This document shows, piece by piece, positions 10,056-19,295 of a stretch of DNA of 64,000 bases. The DNA is from Roseibacillus sp. (GTDB taxonomy: Bacteria; Verrucomicrobiota; Verrucomicrobiia; Verrucomicrobiales; Akkermansiaceae): assembly GCA_051251855.1 (NCBI GenBank), contig JBPOGI010000007.1, positions 32,001 to 96,000 of the forward strand, given 5' to 3'. Position numbers and translations under genes: made by a program. The notes under the pieces are model-generated. The model ran no database searches, had not been told where the DNA came from, and saw nothing but the letters and a program-made list of their open reading frames with translations. Numbering within the stretch: position 1 is the stretch's first letter; the number at the start of each line of letters is the position of its first letter.

Positions 10056-10763
10056 ATGAAACTCAAATATCTCCTCACTGGCTGCCTCTTGGCAAGCTTG
10101 GCCTGGGCTCCAGCCCGGACCTGGACCAGTTCGGATGGCGCGAAAACTTTTGAGGGTGACCTCAGGGAATTCGATGATGCCTCCGGCAAAGTCACCGTTC
10201 TCGTCAACGGCAAACAATTGGTCTTCACAAAAGACAAGCTCTCCGAGGATGACCAATCCTTCCTCGCTGAGTGGAAAGCCGAAGCCGACAAGCCGGATGC
10301 AACCGAAGTCCTCGAATCTCAAACAATCGGCAAAGAACTAACCGACAAAGTGCTCAGTCGCTTGGACGGCAAGAAGTTCAAAAAGGCCTCCATGGAAAAG
10401 GCCCCAGAGTATTACCTTCTCTACTTTTCAGCCTCTTGGTGACCCCCTTGTCGCGCAGGAGCTCCACAGTTAGTGGAGAAATATAACAAGCATATCGCCG
10501 AAGTTCCTAACGTCGAATTCGTTCACGTCTCACTCGACCGCGACGAAGACGCCGCTGAAGAATGGGCTGCCAAGGAACAATTCCCTTGGCTCACCATCAT
10601 GCCTGATAAAGTCGATCGCAGCGGCTTGCGGGATTACAAAACCACCAACGCAGTGCCTGAGTATCATCTCGTCGATGGCGAAGGTAATACCATCGTGAAA
10701 GGCACTTCTTCGGGAGCCGCCGCGTTTGCCAAAATCGACGAACTCGCTAAAGAGAGCAAATAA
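10056..10763 (+). CDS. Exported SHD1-domain thioredoxin-like (tryparedoxin/nucleoredoxin-type) selenoprotein, 235 aa, with Sec at UGA 10440-10442
   Basis: ORFs 10056..10442 and 10473..10763 are in the same frame. Reading through the TGA gives YYLLYFSASW-U-PPCRAGAPQLVEKY, matching the YFSAxWCPPC motif. N-terminal RTWTSSDG..LSEDDQ is SHD1-like. Confidence 0.85.
10462..10478 (+). promoter_or_regulatory. Candidate bacterial SECIS hairpin
   Basis: CTCCAC-AGTTA-GTGGAG forms a perfect 6-bp stem with a GU-containing loop. The loop begins 25 nt after the in-frame UGA. Confidence 0.6.
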
Positions 10764-10785
10764 ACGAAACCCCTTCCATTTCACG

Positions 10786-10818
10786 AACGGGCCTCCTGCA
10801 AAGGGTGCCCGTTTTTTT
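10786..10818 (+). terminator. Rho-independent terminator
   Basis: AACGGGC...GCCCGTT stem followed by a T run. Confidence 0.75.
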
Positions 10819-10948
10819 GGATCATTTGATCGGAGGTCGGCTTCAGCCGTCCAAAACGAGTCAATAGAATAGAAACCAGAACACTTTTCAGCATTTCGCT
10901 TAACAAGAGTGTCGACGACTAAAGAAGGTTCCGCTCCTCCTGTAACGA

Positions 10949-11347
10949 TTACTCCGAGTCGCTCTCCTCAGCCCAAGAGACTTCCTTGGCATCACCCCAA
11001 AGTTCTTCCAACGCGTAGGTTTCACGCATTTCTTGGTGAAGGATATGCACCATCACGTCAAAGTAATCCAAAACTACCCAGCGAGTGACAGCCTTACCCT
11101 CAGTATGAGAGGGACTATCCCCTGTTCGCTCGGCGACACCTTTGTTCACCTCACGCAGAATCGCCTTCAAATGAGGCATGGAACTCCCCGAACAAACGAC
11201 CATGAAATCGGTCAAGGTCGAGAGCCCTCGAAGATCGAGGATACGAACATCTTCTGCTTGAATTTCGGCGGCGGCCTTCGCGCATTCGATAGCGAGAGAG
11301 AGCCCTTTGACTTCGGTAGTTTTCACTTGTGGGAGCGAGTTTGCCAC
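10949..11347 (-). CDS. rsfS: Ribosome silencing factor (Iojap); start at GTG 11347 or 11326
   Basis: ILDLRGLSTLTDFMVVCSG, WVVLDYFDVMVH and R..Y.LE.LW. Confidence 0.93.
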   Translation of the reverse strand: MANSLPQVKTTEVKGLSLAIECAKAAAEIQAEDVRILDLRGLSTLTDFMVVCSGSSMPHLKAILREVNKGVAERTGDSPSHTEGKAVTRWVVLDYFDVMVHILHQEMRETYALEELWGDAKEVSWAEESDSE

Positions 11348-11383
11348 AAGAACCCACTTTCCCGAAAAACAGTTTCGAAAAAG

Positions 11384-11456
11384 TGGAGCATAGCGGATTC
11401 GAACCGCTGACCCCCTGCATGCCATGCAGGTGCTCTACCAACTGAGCTAATGCCCC
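11384..11456 (-). tRNA. tRNA-Ala(GGC); CCA not encoded
   Basis: GGGGCATTAGCTCAGTTGGTAGAGCACCTGCATGGCATGCAGGGGGTCAGCGGTTCGAATCCGCTATGCTCCA; G3:U70 pair and anticodon GGC. Confidence 0.96.
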
Positions 11457-11473
11457 TTACTTGCGGGCGCAGA

Positions 11474-11502
11474 GCGTTACCCGAGAGCAGGGAGCGGTGC
11501 AA
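11474..11502 (-). promoter_or_regulatory. Putative sigma70 promoter of tRNA-Ala/rsfS
   Basis: TTGCAC-N17-TAACGC followed by a GC-rich discriminator. Confidence 0.5.
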
Positions 11503-11575
11503 GCCTTGTTTTTATCTAGTTGTCAGATTTCATCAGCCCGTCCTCATCGTGCTCTCTAGTGGAAATCGAGAAGAC

Positions 11576-12061
11576 TTAAGGGACGCGAAACCGCTTGGCC
11601 TTCGATAGGTCAGGCGTCCCATCCTTATTTTTCATTTGTTTCCCCGTTTCCGGATCAATGGGAATGGTAGAAGGGTCAATGAGTTCATCATCCGATTCCA
11701 TACCAGTGGTATCGAGAATGCTGTAGGGAGGATAAGGAGAAATCACCGTATTTGGCTTAATTGAAGAGGTTGCCATCGGAAACGCGGATGCAGCCTCATC
11801 CACCACTTTTCTCTCAAAGGACTTGGACTTGGCAGCCTTCTGATTGAGCGCGCTCTCTTTGACTTCCTGATTACTCATTCTCGATTTCTCTTCAAGTGAA
11901 GCAAAGTTCTCAGACTCCCCCCTAGCCCCTTCACTTCGCCCCGCTTCCTCTCCTTGACCCTTAAGCCCGCTTACCAACAGCCAAAGTGCTAGCCCTAGAA
12001 GCAAAATGCTGATCCCAGCTCCTAACATTCTCTTCGAGCGATCATCTTTACTCATCCTCAT
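11576..12061 (-). CDS. Hypothetical membrane-anchored protein
   Basis: N-terminal TM segment; C-terminal VISPY..D..G......DP..KRFRVP segment. Confidence 0.7.
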   Translation of the reverse strand: MRMSKDDRSKRMLGAGISILLLGLALWLLVSGLKGQGEEAGRSEGARGESENFASLEEKSRMSNQEVKESALNQKAAKSKSFERKVVDEAASAFPMATSSIKPNTVISPYPPYSILDTTGMESDDELIDPSTIPIDPETGKQMKNKDGTPDLSKAKRFRVP

Positions 12062-12193
12062 AATTTAATCGTTTCGCTATCCTCATCGCAATCCCATTCT
12101 TCGCTGATCGCCTCCTCCAATGCCCCCAGTAATACAACCTGCTCTTTCATTATTCGCTGGCGTTTCTTCCGTCTCCATGGAGACTTTTTCTCA

Positions 12194-12877
12194 ATGAAAC
12201 TCCTTCTCCCCATCCTGCTTCTAACCGCTCCTCTTTGGGCTGAGCCCGCTACCAATCAATTGACTACAGCTGAAAAAGAGGCTGGCTGGACCTTGCTCTT
12301 TGATGGTCAATCCATCGAACATTTTCGCAACTACCAGAAGGAGGACTTAAGCAAAATTTGGGAAGTGAAAGACGGGGCCATCACCCTCACAAAAAAAGGA
12401 GGGGGCGACCTCGTCACCAAGAAGCAATATGGCGCCTTCGAATTCACTCTCGACTATAAGATTTCCAAAGGAGGTAACTCCGGAGTGATGATCCATGTTC
12501 AAGAGAGCGAGCCAAAACCTTGGCACACCGGTGCCGAAATCCAAATTCAAGACAACGTCGATGGGCGCGACCCTCAGAAAGCAGGCTGGCTGTATCAACT
12601 CTACAAACCTGAGCCCATGAAAGACGCCACCAACCCTGCCGGCGAGTGGAACACTCTCCGCATTCTCATCACCCCAGAAAAGTGCGTCCACTGGATGAAC
12701 GGTGAAAAGTATTTCGAATACGTCAAAGGCTCCGACGACTGGAACGAGCGTGTTGCGGCCTCCAAATTTTCAGATAAGCCTCTTTTTGGCAAAGCCAGCG
12801 AAGGCCACATTTGCCTACAAGACCACGGCAATATCGTCTCTTTCCGAAACATCAAAATTCGCGAGATCTCAAAATAA
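12194..12877 (+). CDS. DUF1080 (3-keto-disaccharide hydrolase family) protein
   Basis: GWTLLFDG, GGNSGV, EIQIQD, GEWN, GHICLQDHG and FRNIKIREI. Confidence 0.92.
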   Translation: MKLLLPILLLTAPLWAEPATNQLTTAEKEAGWTLLFDGQSIEHFRNYQKEDLSKIWEVKDGAITLTKKGGGDLVTKKQYGAFEFTLDYKISKGGNSGVMIHVQESEPKPWHTGAEIQIQDNVDGRDPQKAGWLYQLYKPEPMKDATNPAGEWNTLRILITPEKCVHWMNGEKYFEYVKGSDDWNERVAASKFSDKPLFGKASEGHICLQDHGNIVSFRNIKIREISK

Positions 12878-12904
12878 AGCAACGCCCTCCCCCCTGCTCC
12901 TCTC

Positions 12905-14281
12905 ATGAAATCACTCATCCTCCTCACGCTCGGCCTAGCCTCCTCCCTCGCCTTCTCCGAAACAAAACCGAACATCCTCTTCATCTTTGCGGATGACTGG
13001 GGTTGGGGCGACCTCAGCTGCCACGACCACCCCTACGTCAAGACGCCGAATATCGATCGCTTGGCAGAAGAAGGCACCGACTTTCATCGCTTTAGCGTCG
13101 CCAGCGGAGTCTGTTCACCTAGCCGCACCGCAGTAATGACGGGCCACTTTCCCGCCCGCTATCACATTGACGGGCACTTTGCCTGGGTGCCTAACAATGC
13201 CAAGAGAGGCATGCCAGATTGGCTGAGTCCCCAAGCCCCCCTATTGCCACGCTTCCTACAAACTGCTGGCTATGCCACTGCCCACTTTGGCAAATGGCAT
13301 CTCTCTAACAATATGATCCCCGACTCCCCTCTCCCCAGTGAATACGGCTACGACACCTACGGCGCCTTCAATTGCGCGGGTGAGCAGATGCCGGTTCACG
13401 AGGACTCCAAGCACACCATCGACTTCATCGAAAAGAGCCACAGCGAAGGAAAACCCTTTTTTGTGAACCTTTGGATCCACGAACCGCACACCCCCTTTCA
13501 CACCGTCCCAAAGTATCGCTGGCGCTTCCCTGACCTCGATGAGCCCGATAACATCTACGCCTCTGTCCTTTCCCACGCCGACGACCGTATTGGCGAGGTG
13601 CTGGATGCTCTCGATAGACTTGAGCTCACCGAAAACACCCTCGTCATCTTCAGCTCTGACAATGGCCCTGCCCGAGGAAAAGCCGGAAGCAAGCCAGAGC
13701 TCATGCACGATACTGCCACTGGGGCCGGCTTTGGAATCGGAGCTGCCAAAGGAATCACCGGCGGCCGCAAAGGCTACAAGGGCGCGCTCTTCGAAGGCGG
13801 CGTGGGAGTGCCCTTCATTGCCCGCTGGCCCGGAAAAATTGCCGCTGGCGAAGTTAATGCCTCCACCCTCATCTCAGCAGTCGATCTTCTCCCCACTTTC
13901 TGCAACCTCGCAGGAGCCCAACTGCCATCAAATTACATCCCAGATGGAATCAACCAGACCAATGCCCTTATCGGAGACTCCGCACCGGAGCGCGAAAAGC
14001 CACTCTTCTGGCGGACGAGCTCAGCCCGCGCATACTCTCCTAAGGACAATTACCATTGGGTGCTCTACTCCATCGTCGACAAGGACATGAAGTTGATGAC
14101 CGACAAAAACTTCACTCACATGGAGCTCTACGACCTCTCGACCGATCCCCTTGAGAAAAACGACTTAAGCGAAGAACAACCCGAAGTCACCCAAACTCTC
14201 CTCGCGAAAATTAAGATTTGGAAAGAGTCCCTTCCTAAAGGACCAGACCCTACTTGCTTTTCCGAGGAACGCTCGAAGTAA
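12905..14281 (+). CDS. Formylglycine-dependent sulfatase
   Basis: PNILFIFADD, CSPSR (CxPxR), GKWHL, SSDNG and ELYDL..DP.E. Confidence 0.95.
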   Translation: MKSLILLTLGLASSLAFSETKPNILFIFADDWGWGDLSCHDHPYVKTPNIDRLAEEGTDFHRFSVASGVCSPSRTAVMTGHFPARYHIDGHFAWVPNNAKRGMPDWLSPQAPLLPRFLQTAGYATAHFGKWHLSNNMIPDSPLPSEYGYDTYGAFNCAGEQMPVHEDSKHTIDFIEKSHSEGKPFFVNLWIHEPHTPFHTVPKYRWRFPDLDEPDNIYASVLSHADDRIGEVLDALDRLELTENTLVIFSSDNGPARGKAGSKPELMHDTATGAGFGIGAAKGITGGRKGYKGALFEGGVGVPFIARWPGKIAAGEVNASTLISAVDLLPTFCNLAGAQLPSNYIPDGINQTNALIGDSAPEREKPLFWRTSSARAYSPKDNYHWVLYSIVDKDMKLMTDKNFTHMELYDLSTDPLEKNDLSEEQPEVTQTLLAKIKIWKESLPKGPDPTCFSEERSK

Positions 14282-14390
14282 CAGCCTTCAAAGTTCTGCC
14301 ATTAGCTACCCCGATGCCGCACAAGAATTCTCTTCTGCAAATTGTGAGCATTCTGGTGCCTGAAACAAATCCGGCAGGTAAAACGCAAGC

Positions 14391-15206
14391 TCACTTCTGA
14401 AGAACCACCTTCTCGCCAGCAGTCTCACTAATCTCCTTACAGAGCTCTCTCACCTGCTCCTCAAAACTCTCCCAATCCGCGGTCATCTTCCAATCACTGG
14501 CTGACCTCTCGCCTCCTTTCCCTTCCAATCGATAGAAGGCCAACTCGCGATCCGCTTTTAGGGGACCGCCCGTCTTCATCAGGCCACGGCTCCCTTGTCC
14601 AAGGCCCGACACATGGAAATGAATCTCATCTTCATCCTGCGAGAGATTGGAAGTCACCCCTGGCAGTCCCTCTTCATCTTTCAGGAAAGCGACCCTCACT
14701 TGCCGCTCGAACACCCGCCCTCGCAACCATTCAGCTACACTCAGGAGAGCCGCCACCGAGGCGGAGTTCTGTTCATCACTATACTCGCACCACACCAGCA
14801 CAGCGCCATCATCCCCCTTCTCAGTGCTATCCACCCAGTAGCTTTTCCAAATACGGCCTCCCGTAGTCATTCCTTCATCACTCTGCACCTTGTAACCCAG
14901 ATTAATCGAAGACAAAGAACCCGTGATAAACGAGATCATCTGCTGCATCGTTATCTGTCCCTCGGGAGTCTCAAAATCTCTCTTACCAATTGAATTCTCT
15001 GCCTTGTTAGCTGCATCACGTAGATTAGAAGCCGAAAACTCAGTCGCCGAATAGGTCACCCCCTCCATTCCGGTCTTAGCACCCTGACTTATTTTTAAAC
15101 CCACCGCAATTGCTGCCGACAAAGCTAAGCCAACAGGCAAAGCCACAATCGCGGCCTTCCAGATCCACGGGCTTTTAGCATCATTCTGTTCTTCATTATT
15201 GCTCAT
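14391..15206 (-). CDS. Membrane-anchored hypothetical protein resembling a degenerate M28 peptidase
   Basis: N-terminal TM; NSASVAALLSVAEWL..RQVRVAF resembles the M28 core, but the metal ligands are not evident. Confidence 0.6.
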   Translation of the reverse strand: MSNNEEQNDAKSPWIWKAAIVALPVGLALSAAIAVGLKISQGAKTGMEGVTYSATEFSASNLRDAANKAENSIGKRDFETPEGQITMQQMISFITGSLSSINLGYKVQSDEGMTTGGRIWKSYWVDSTEKGDDGAVLVWCEYSDEQNSASVAALLSVAEWLRGRVFERQVRVAFLKDEEGLPGVTSNLSQDEDEIHFHVSGLGQGSRGLMKTGGPLKADRELAFYRLEGKGGERSASDWKMTADWESFEEQVRELCKEISETAGEKVVLQK

Positions 15207-15207
15207 A

Positions 15208-16317
15208 TTACGACTCTTCTAGTAATTCTTCGACCGCTTGGGCCACTCGTTCATGCACTCCGCCCTCGCCCAACTCGGCCGCAATCGCAAGTAGTTCTTG
15301 CTTGAGGTTTTCACGCTCCTCCTTGTGTTCCAATTGCCCTTCCACCCAGTCGGCAAGCCGCGCAGGTTCCACGTCGTTCTGCAAAAACTCTGGCACCACC
15401 TCGCGGCCAGCCAAAATATTCACAATCCCCGCATACTCCACCTTCACCACCATCTTCGCCACCCGCCAAGTCAAAGGAGCCATCTTGTAAACGAGACAAT
15501 ACGGCAAACCGAACCACGCCGCTTCCAGCGTTGCGGTCCCACTCGCCATCACGGCGCAAGTCGCCCGCTGCATCAAATTCTGACTGGAGCCCACCTTAAT
15601 CACAATCTCATCCTCAGCCGACAACATCGCCCGCATCGAATCGGCCAATTTTTCCGAGATAGCAGGCACCTCAAACGTCAACTCTGGTCGCTCCCTTTTT
15701 AAGATTCGACTTGTCTCGAGCAAAGGTGGGAAGAGGCGGTCCACTTCCCTGCCACGGCTTCCCGGAAATAGCCCCACCAAGTTTTCCTCCCGAGAGACCT
15801 CTTCTTTTTTCTCCCGAAGCTCATCCACAATCGGATGCCCCAGATACAACCCCGGACAGCCCCCTTTGGCCAATACATCTACCTCGAATGGAAAAAGACA
15901 CACCACTTGGTCCAGCCATTTTGCCATTTTAGGGATTCGGCTCTGCTTCCAAGCCCAAACCTGCGGGCAGACATACTGCAAAATCTTCACCTCTGGAAAT
16001 TGCGCCCGCACCGCCTTCGCTAGACGGAGATTGAAGCCTGGGTAATCAATCAAAACCAAGACATCCGGTTTCAACTCAGCAATCTCAGCCATCGTCTCGT
16101 GAAACCGCTCCTTGAACCAAGAATACTGCTTCAGAACATCCCAAATGCCCATCACCCCCGCTTTTTCCACCCAATCACGTGTCCCACCCGCCTCGGCCAT
16201 GTGAGGGCCTCCCCAGCCACCAAAGCCATGCTCACCCGTTTTTTTCAACGCCGAAATGAGCTCCGCGCCATGCAAATCACCGCTCACTTCCCCCGCAACC
16301 AGATAAATCAACGCCAT
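15208..16317 (-). CDS. lpxB: Lipid-A-disaccharide synthase
   Basis: Start at ATG 16317 (MALIYLVAGEVSGDLHG); IDYPGFN, PQVWAW, PGSR and SGTATLE. Confidence 0.96.
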   Translation of the reverse strand: MALIYLVAGEVSGDLHGAELISALKKTGEHGFGGWGGPHMAEAGGTRDWVEKAGVMGIWDVLKQYSWFKERFHETMAEIAELKPDVLVLIDYPGFNLRLAKAVRAQFPEVKILQYVCPQVWAWKQSRIPKMAKWLDQVVCLFPFEVDVLAKGGCPGLYLGHPIVDELREKKEEVSREENLVGLFPGSRGREVDRLFPPLLETSRILKRERPELTFEVPAISEKLADSMRAMLSAEDEIVIKVGSSQNLMQRATCAVMASGTATLEAAWFGLPYCLVYKMAPLTWRVAKMVVKVEYAGIVNILAGREVVPEFLQNDVEPARLADWVEGQLEHKEERENLKQELLAIAAELGEGGVHERVAQAVEELLEES

Positions 16318-16396
16318 TCGGCGCAAGCATAACGTCGAATCTGGCAGCGACAAGAGCTTGCGTCCTGTCCTCTGACACGTTAATTCCCTCCTTCGC

Positions 16397-17371
16397 ATGT
16401 CGGAAGAATCTAAGTCCAGCACACCAGCCGCTCCAGCGCCTCTCGGCGAGATCGAGCACGGTCCCTCCAAATTCGATGAATTCATGGAGAAAAACGTGAA
16501 GAAACTCATTCTTCTCGCCCTTCTTATCGTGATCGGTGTCGCCGCCGTCGTCATCATGAGCCAGCTGGCCGACGCCAAGCAACGCGAAGCAGGGAACGCC
16601 CTTCTGGCTGCGGAAAGCCCCGACGACTATCGCAAAGTCAGTGCAGACTTCCCCGATTCGGGTGCCGCAGGCTCTGCGCAACTTCTTCTTGCCGGTCAAC
16701 TTTGGGATGAAGGAAAAGAAAGCGAAGCCATCGAGACTCTCCAAGCCCTCATCAGCAAGAGCGACAACCTTGCCGCTGCACAAGCCAAGTTCTCTCTCGC
16801 GGGCATGCTACTAAAGCAAGGCAAGACTGACGAAGCGAAGGCCAACTACGAGGCCCTTCTGTCCAACAGTGAGGCCAAATATCTCCAGCCGATGAGCTTG
16901 GTAGCCCTCGGAGACATTGCCCAAGCTGCCGGCGATGAGGAAAAGGCCAAAGAATACTACCAGCGCAAGTTGGACGAATTCACCGCCTATGGGGACCAGA
17001 ACTTGGCCGTCACCCGCCTCAACCTTGTCGGCGTTGATTCACCCGAAAAGGTTTCTCCTCCTCCCGCCCCAGAGCCTGCCGCCAACCCAAACCAAGGCAT
17101 CCCCTCTTCTTTCACCACCCCGATTCCAAACCCAAGCAATCCCGGCGCGCCTGGAATCACAATCGAGTCACCCACTCCAGCCATCGAAGTCGCCCCAGCC
17201 CCTATTGAAACACCCGCTGTTGAAGCACCTGAAGCAGAGGCAGAAATGGCTCCTGCAGCAGAGGAAGAGCAACCTGAAGAATCCGCTGAAGAATCAACCC
17301 CCGGTTCGGACGACTCCTCAGACGGGGAGACTCCTACTTTTCAAGAGGCTACTGCCGAAGAAGAAGAGTAA
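16397..17371 (+). CDS. Single-TM tetratricopeptide-repeat protein (YfgM-like) with a Pro/Glu-rich tail
   Basis: N-terminal TM, TPR-like helices and a low-complexity C-terminus. Confidence 0.75.
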   Translation: MSEESKSSTPAAPAPLGEIEHGPSKFDEFMEKNVKKLILLALLIVIGVAAVVIMSQLADAKQREAGNALLAAESPDDYRKVSADFPDSGAAGSAQLLLAGQLWDEGKESEAIETLQALISKSDNLAAAQAKFSLAGMLLKQGKTDEAKANYEALLSNSEAKYLQPMSLVALGDIAQAAGDEEKAKEYYQRKLDEFTAYGDQNLAVTRLNLVGVDSPEKVSPPPAPEPAANPNQGIPSSFTTPIPNPSNPGAPGITIESPTPAIEVAPAPIETPAVEAPEAEAEMAPAAEEEQPEESAEESTPGSDDSSDGETPTFQEATAEEEE

Positions 17372-17495
17372 AAATAGTTGCTCTTTTTCACTCGTCGGCG
17401 ACGTTCTTGAACTACGCCCTATCTTCCCGAAAATTACCGTGCTCTCGACGAGTAATTCGTTGACAGCTCACCTCTAAATTAATTCACTTACGCAA

Positions 17496-18047
17496 ATGTT
17501 TCAAAAGATCATTAATAACGACGAAGCGGCCGCAGGCAAAGCTCCACACGTCGCCAATTCCCCCCAAGCTTCTCAACCCGCAGCAGCTCCTTCTCAGCCA
17601 TCAGCAACTCCTCAACCACAGGCCGCTGGCGGACACCGCAACCGACTTTCTTCTGATGTTGAAATCAAAGGAACCATCCGTTTCCAAGACGAATTGATCG
17701 TCGATGGTAAGGTCGAAGGCGAAATTACCTCTACAGGCGCCCTTGCCATCCAAGAGAACGCACGCATCCGCGCCGAGATCAAGGTAGGATCCGTGGTCAT
17801 TCAAGGCAAGGTCCATGGCAACATCACTGCCTCGCAAACTATTGAGCTTCGCGCAGGTTCCGAGGTCGTTGGCGACATCAAAGCTGCCGTTCTCACCATG
17901 GAAGCTGGCGCGGTCTTCGTCGGTCGTTCCGAGGTTGGAGCTCCTAGCAGCCAGCCTGCTTCAAAGCCTGCTCAAAACAAATCTCAGCAAGGTGGCTCGA
18001 AGCCCCAGCAAAGTGGTCAGAAGAAGGAAGTTGCTAAAGCCTCCTAA
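17496..18047 (+). CDS. Bactofilin (polymer-forming cytoskeletal protein)
   Basis: Beta-helix repeats VEIKGTI..LIVDGKVEGEI..VHGNI..VVGDI..MEAGAVFVG. Confidence 0.92.
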   Translation: MFQKIINNDEAAAGKAPHVANSPQASQPAAAPSQPSATPQPQAAGGHRNRLSSDVEIKGTIRFQDELIVDGKVEGEITSTGALAIQENARIRAEIKVGSVVIQGKVHGNITASQTIELRAGSEVVGDIKAAVLTMEAGAVFVGRSEVGAPSSQPASKPAQNKSQQGGSKPQQSGQKKEVAKAS

Positions 18048-18100
18048 TCAGACCTCCGCGAGGCAATCCAGCCCGCTCAACATCCCATCTCTTCACCTCT

Positions 18101-19276
18101 CTGTTCGGTAAACGTCGAGCTCCTGAATTCGTTGATCTCAGCTGTCCCCTTTGTGGGCATACACAGCGGGAGTCTTCACTTGCAATGTCGACAAACTGTC
18201 GCAGCTGCCAGACCTATTACAAAATTGAAGACGGGGTCGCTGTTCCTCCCGTCAAATTCGACGACAATCCACGTTATCAGGCTAGCGCGGACGAGCCAGA
18301 AGCAGACTCGGAGCCAGAGTCCACCGTCACACCGGTCCAGCCAGTCAAAGCGCCCGAGCAAAAGAAAAGCATCGAGCCCCTCCCCTCAGCCCCCGCTCAA
18401 GAGACCCGCCCCACTTCTAAGGTATCGTCGCCAACACCACCTGTCCCTGCGGAAATCCCGCTTGAGGACACTCCTCCAGCAGCTTCGGTTCCCAGCACTC
18501 AGCCACGAAACCCTCTCCCTAAAAAGGCGATGAAGCCCAAAGCTCCTCCACCGCCGCCCAAACCCGAGGCCGCCCCAACCGCCCCAGCCGAAGAAGTCTT
18601 AGTCAACACCCCATCCAAAAAAGCTCCGGAGGCAACTATACCCAAACCTTCTGAGCCAGATGTGACCCAAGCATCTCCCGAGCGCTATCGTCCTCCCTCT
18701 TCAGCAACATCCGAAACGAGTAAGCCCAAAATTGCGCCTCTTATCAATCGTGAGAAGAAGCGCGACGTCAAATGCTTCGAGTGTAACGAATCTCATGAAA
18801 TCCTCGCCGACTCAACTTCCGCCATGTGCCCTCATTGCGGAGCCTACATTGGCCTCAAAGACTACGACATCCGCGAGCAAGAGAACTCCCGTATCCAGAC
18901 CCGCGGTAACGTTTTCATTCACAAAAAGGGCTACGTAACGGGCATCACTATCCATGCTCACAATCTCATTATTGAAGGCGAAATCCAAGGTGGTGCCGAA
19001 TGCACTGGCGACTTCGTTGTTCGTAAAAACGGTAAGATCAACGGAGCCGTCACCAGTGACCGAGTCATCATTGAGCGCCGAGCCGAAGTCGACTTCCTCA
19101 GCACCGTAGAAGCTCGCGAAGTCATTATCGATGGCCACGTCACCGGATCCGTTGCCTGTAAAAAGCTGGTTCTTAAAAAGCGCGCCACTCTTGATGGCGA
19201 CCTCACCGTCGCCTCCCTCTCTGTAGAAGAAGGAGCCAAACACACTGGTAAAATTCAAATGACAGGACTCTTATAG
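18101..19276 (+). CDS. Bactofilin with two zinc ribbons and a Pro-rich linker (probable CTG start at 18101; first ATG at 18185)
   Basis: The in-frame upstream extension supplies CPLC to pair with CRSC. A second ribbon is CFEC/CPHC; the bactofilin domain is C-terminal. Confidence 0.8.
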   Translation: MFGKRRAPEFVDLSCPLCGHTQRESSLAMSTNCRSCQTYYKIEDGVAVPPVKFDDNPRYQASADEPEADSEPESTVTPVQPVKAPEQKKSIEPLPSAPAQETRPTSKVSSPTPPVPAEIPLEDTPPAASVPSTQPRNPLPKKAMKPKAPPPPPKPEAAPTAPAEEVLVNTPSKKAPEATIPKPSEPDVTQASPERYRPPSSATSETSKPKIAPLINREKKRDVKCFECNESHEILADSTSAMCPHCGAYIGLKDYDIREQENSRIQTRGNVFIHKKGYVTGITIHAHNLIIEGEIQGGAECTGDFVVRKNGKINGAVTSDRVIIERRAEVDFLSTVEAREVIIDGHVTGSVACKKLVLKKRATLDGDLTVASLSVEEGAKHTGKIQMTGLL

Positions 19277-19295
19277 ATCTCCTGATTCCTTCGCT

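Noticed and set aside
10056..10763. Two separate genes, or genome-wide UGA=Trp/Gly reassignment
   Set aside because: The split falls inside the redox motif, and TGA is an ordinary stop elsewhere in the window (e.g. pstC, the RND permease, phoU).
11348..16578. ORF-track N-terminal extensions of rsfS (to 11425) and lpxB (to 16578)
   Set aside because: The extensions overlap tRNA-Ala and the TPR gene respectively, and the family motifs begin at the downstream starts. The same applies to pstA (37573) and the barrel gene (7622).
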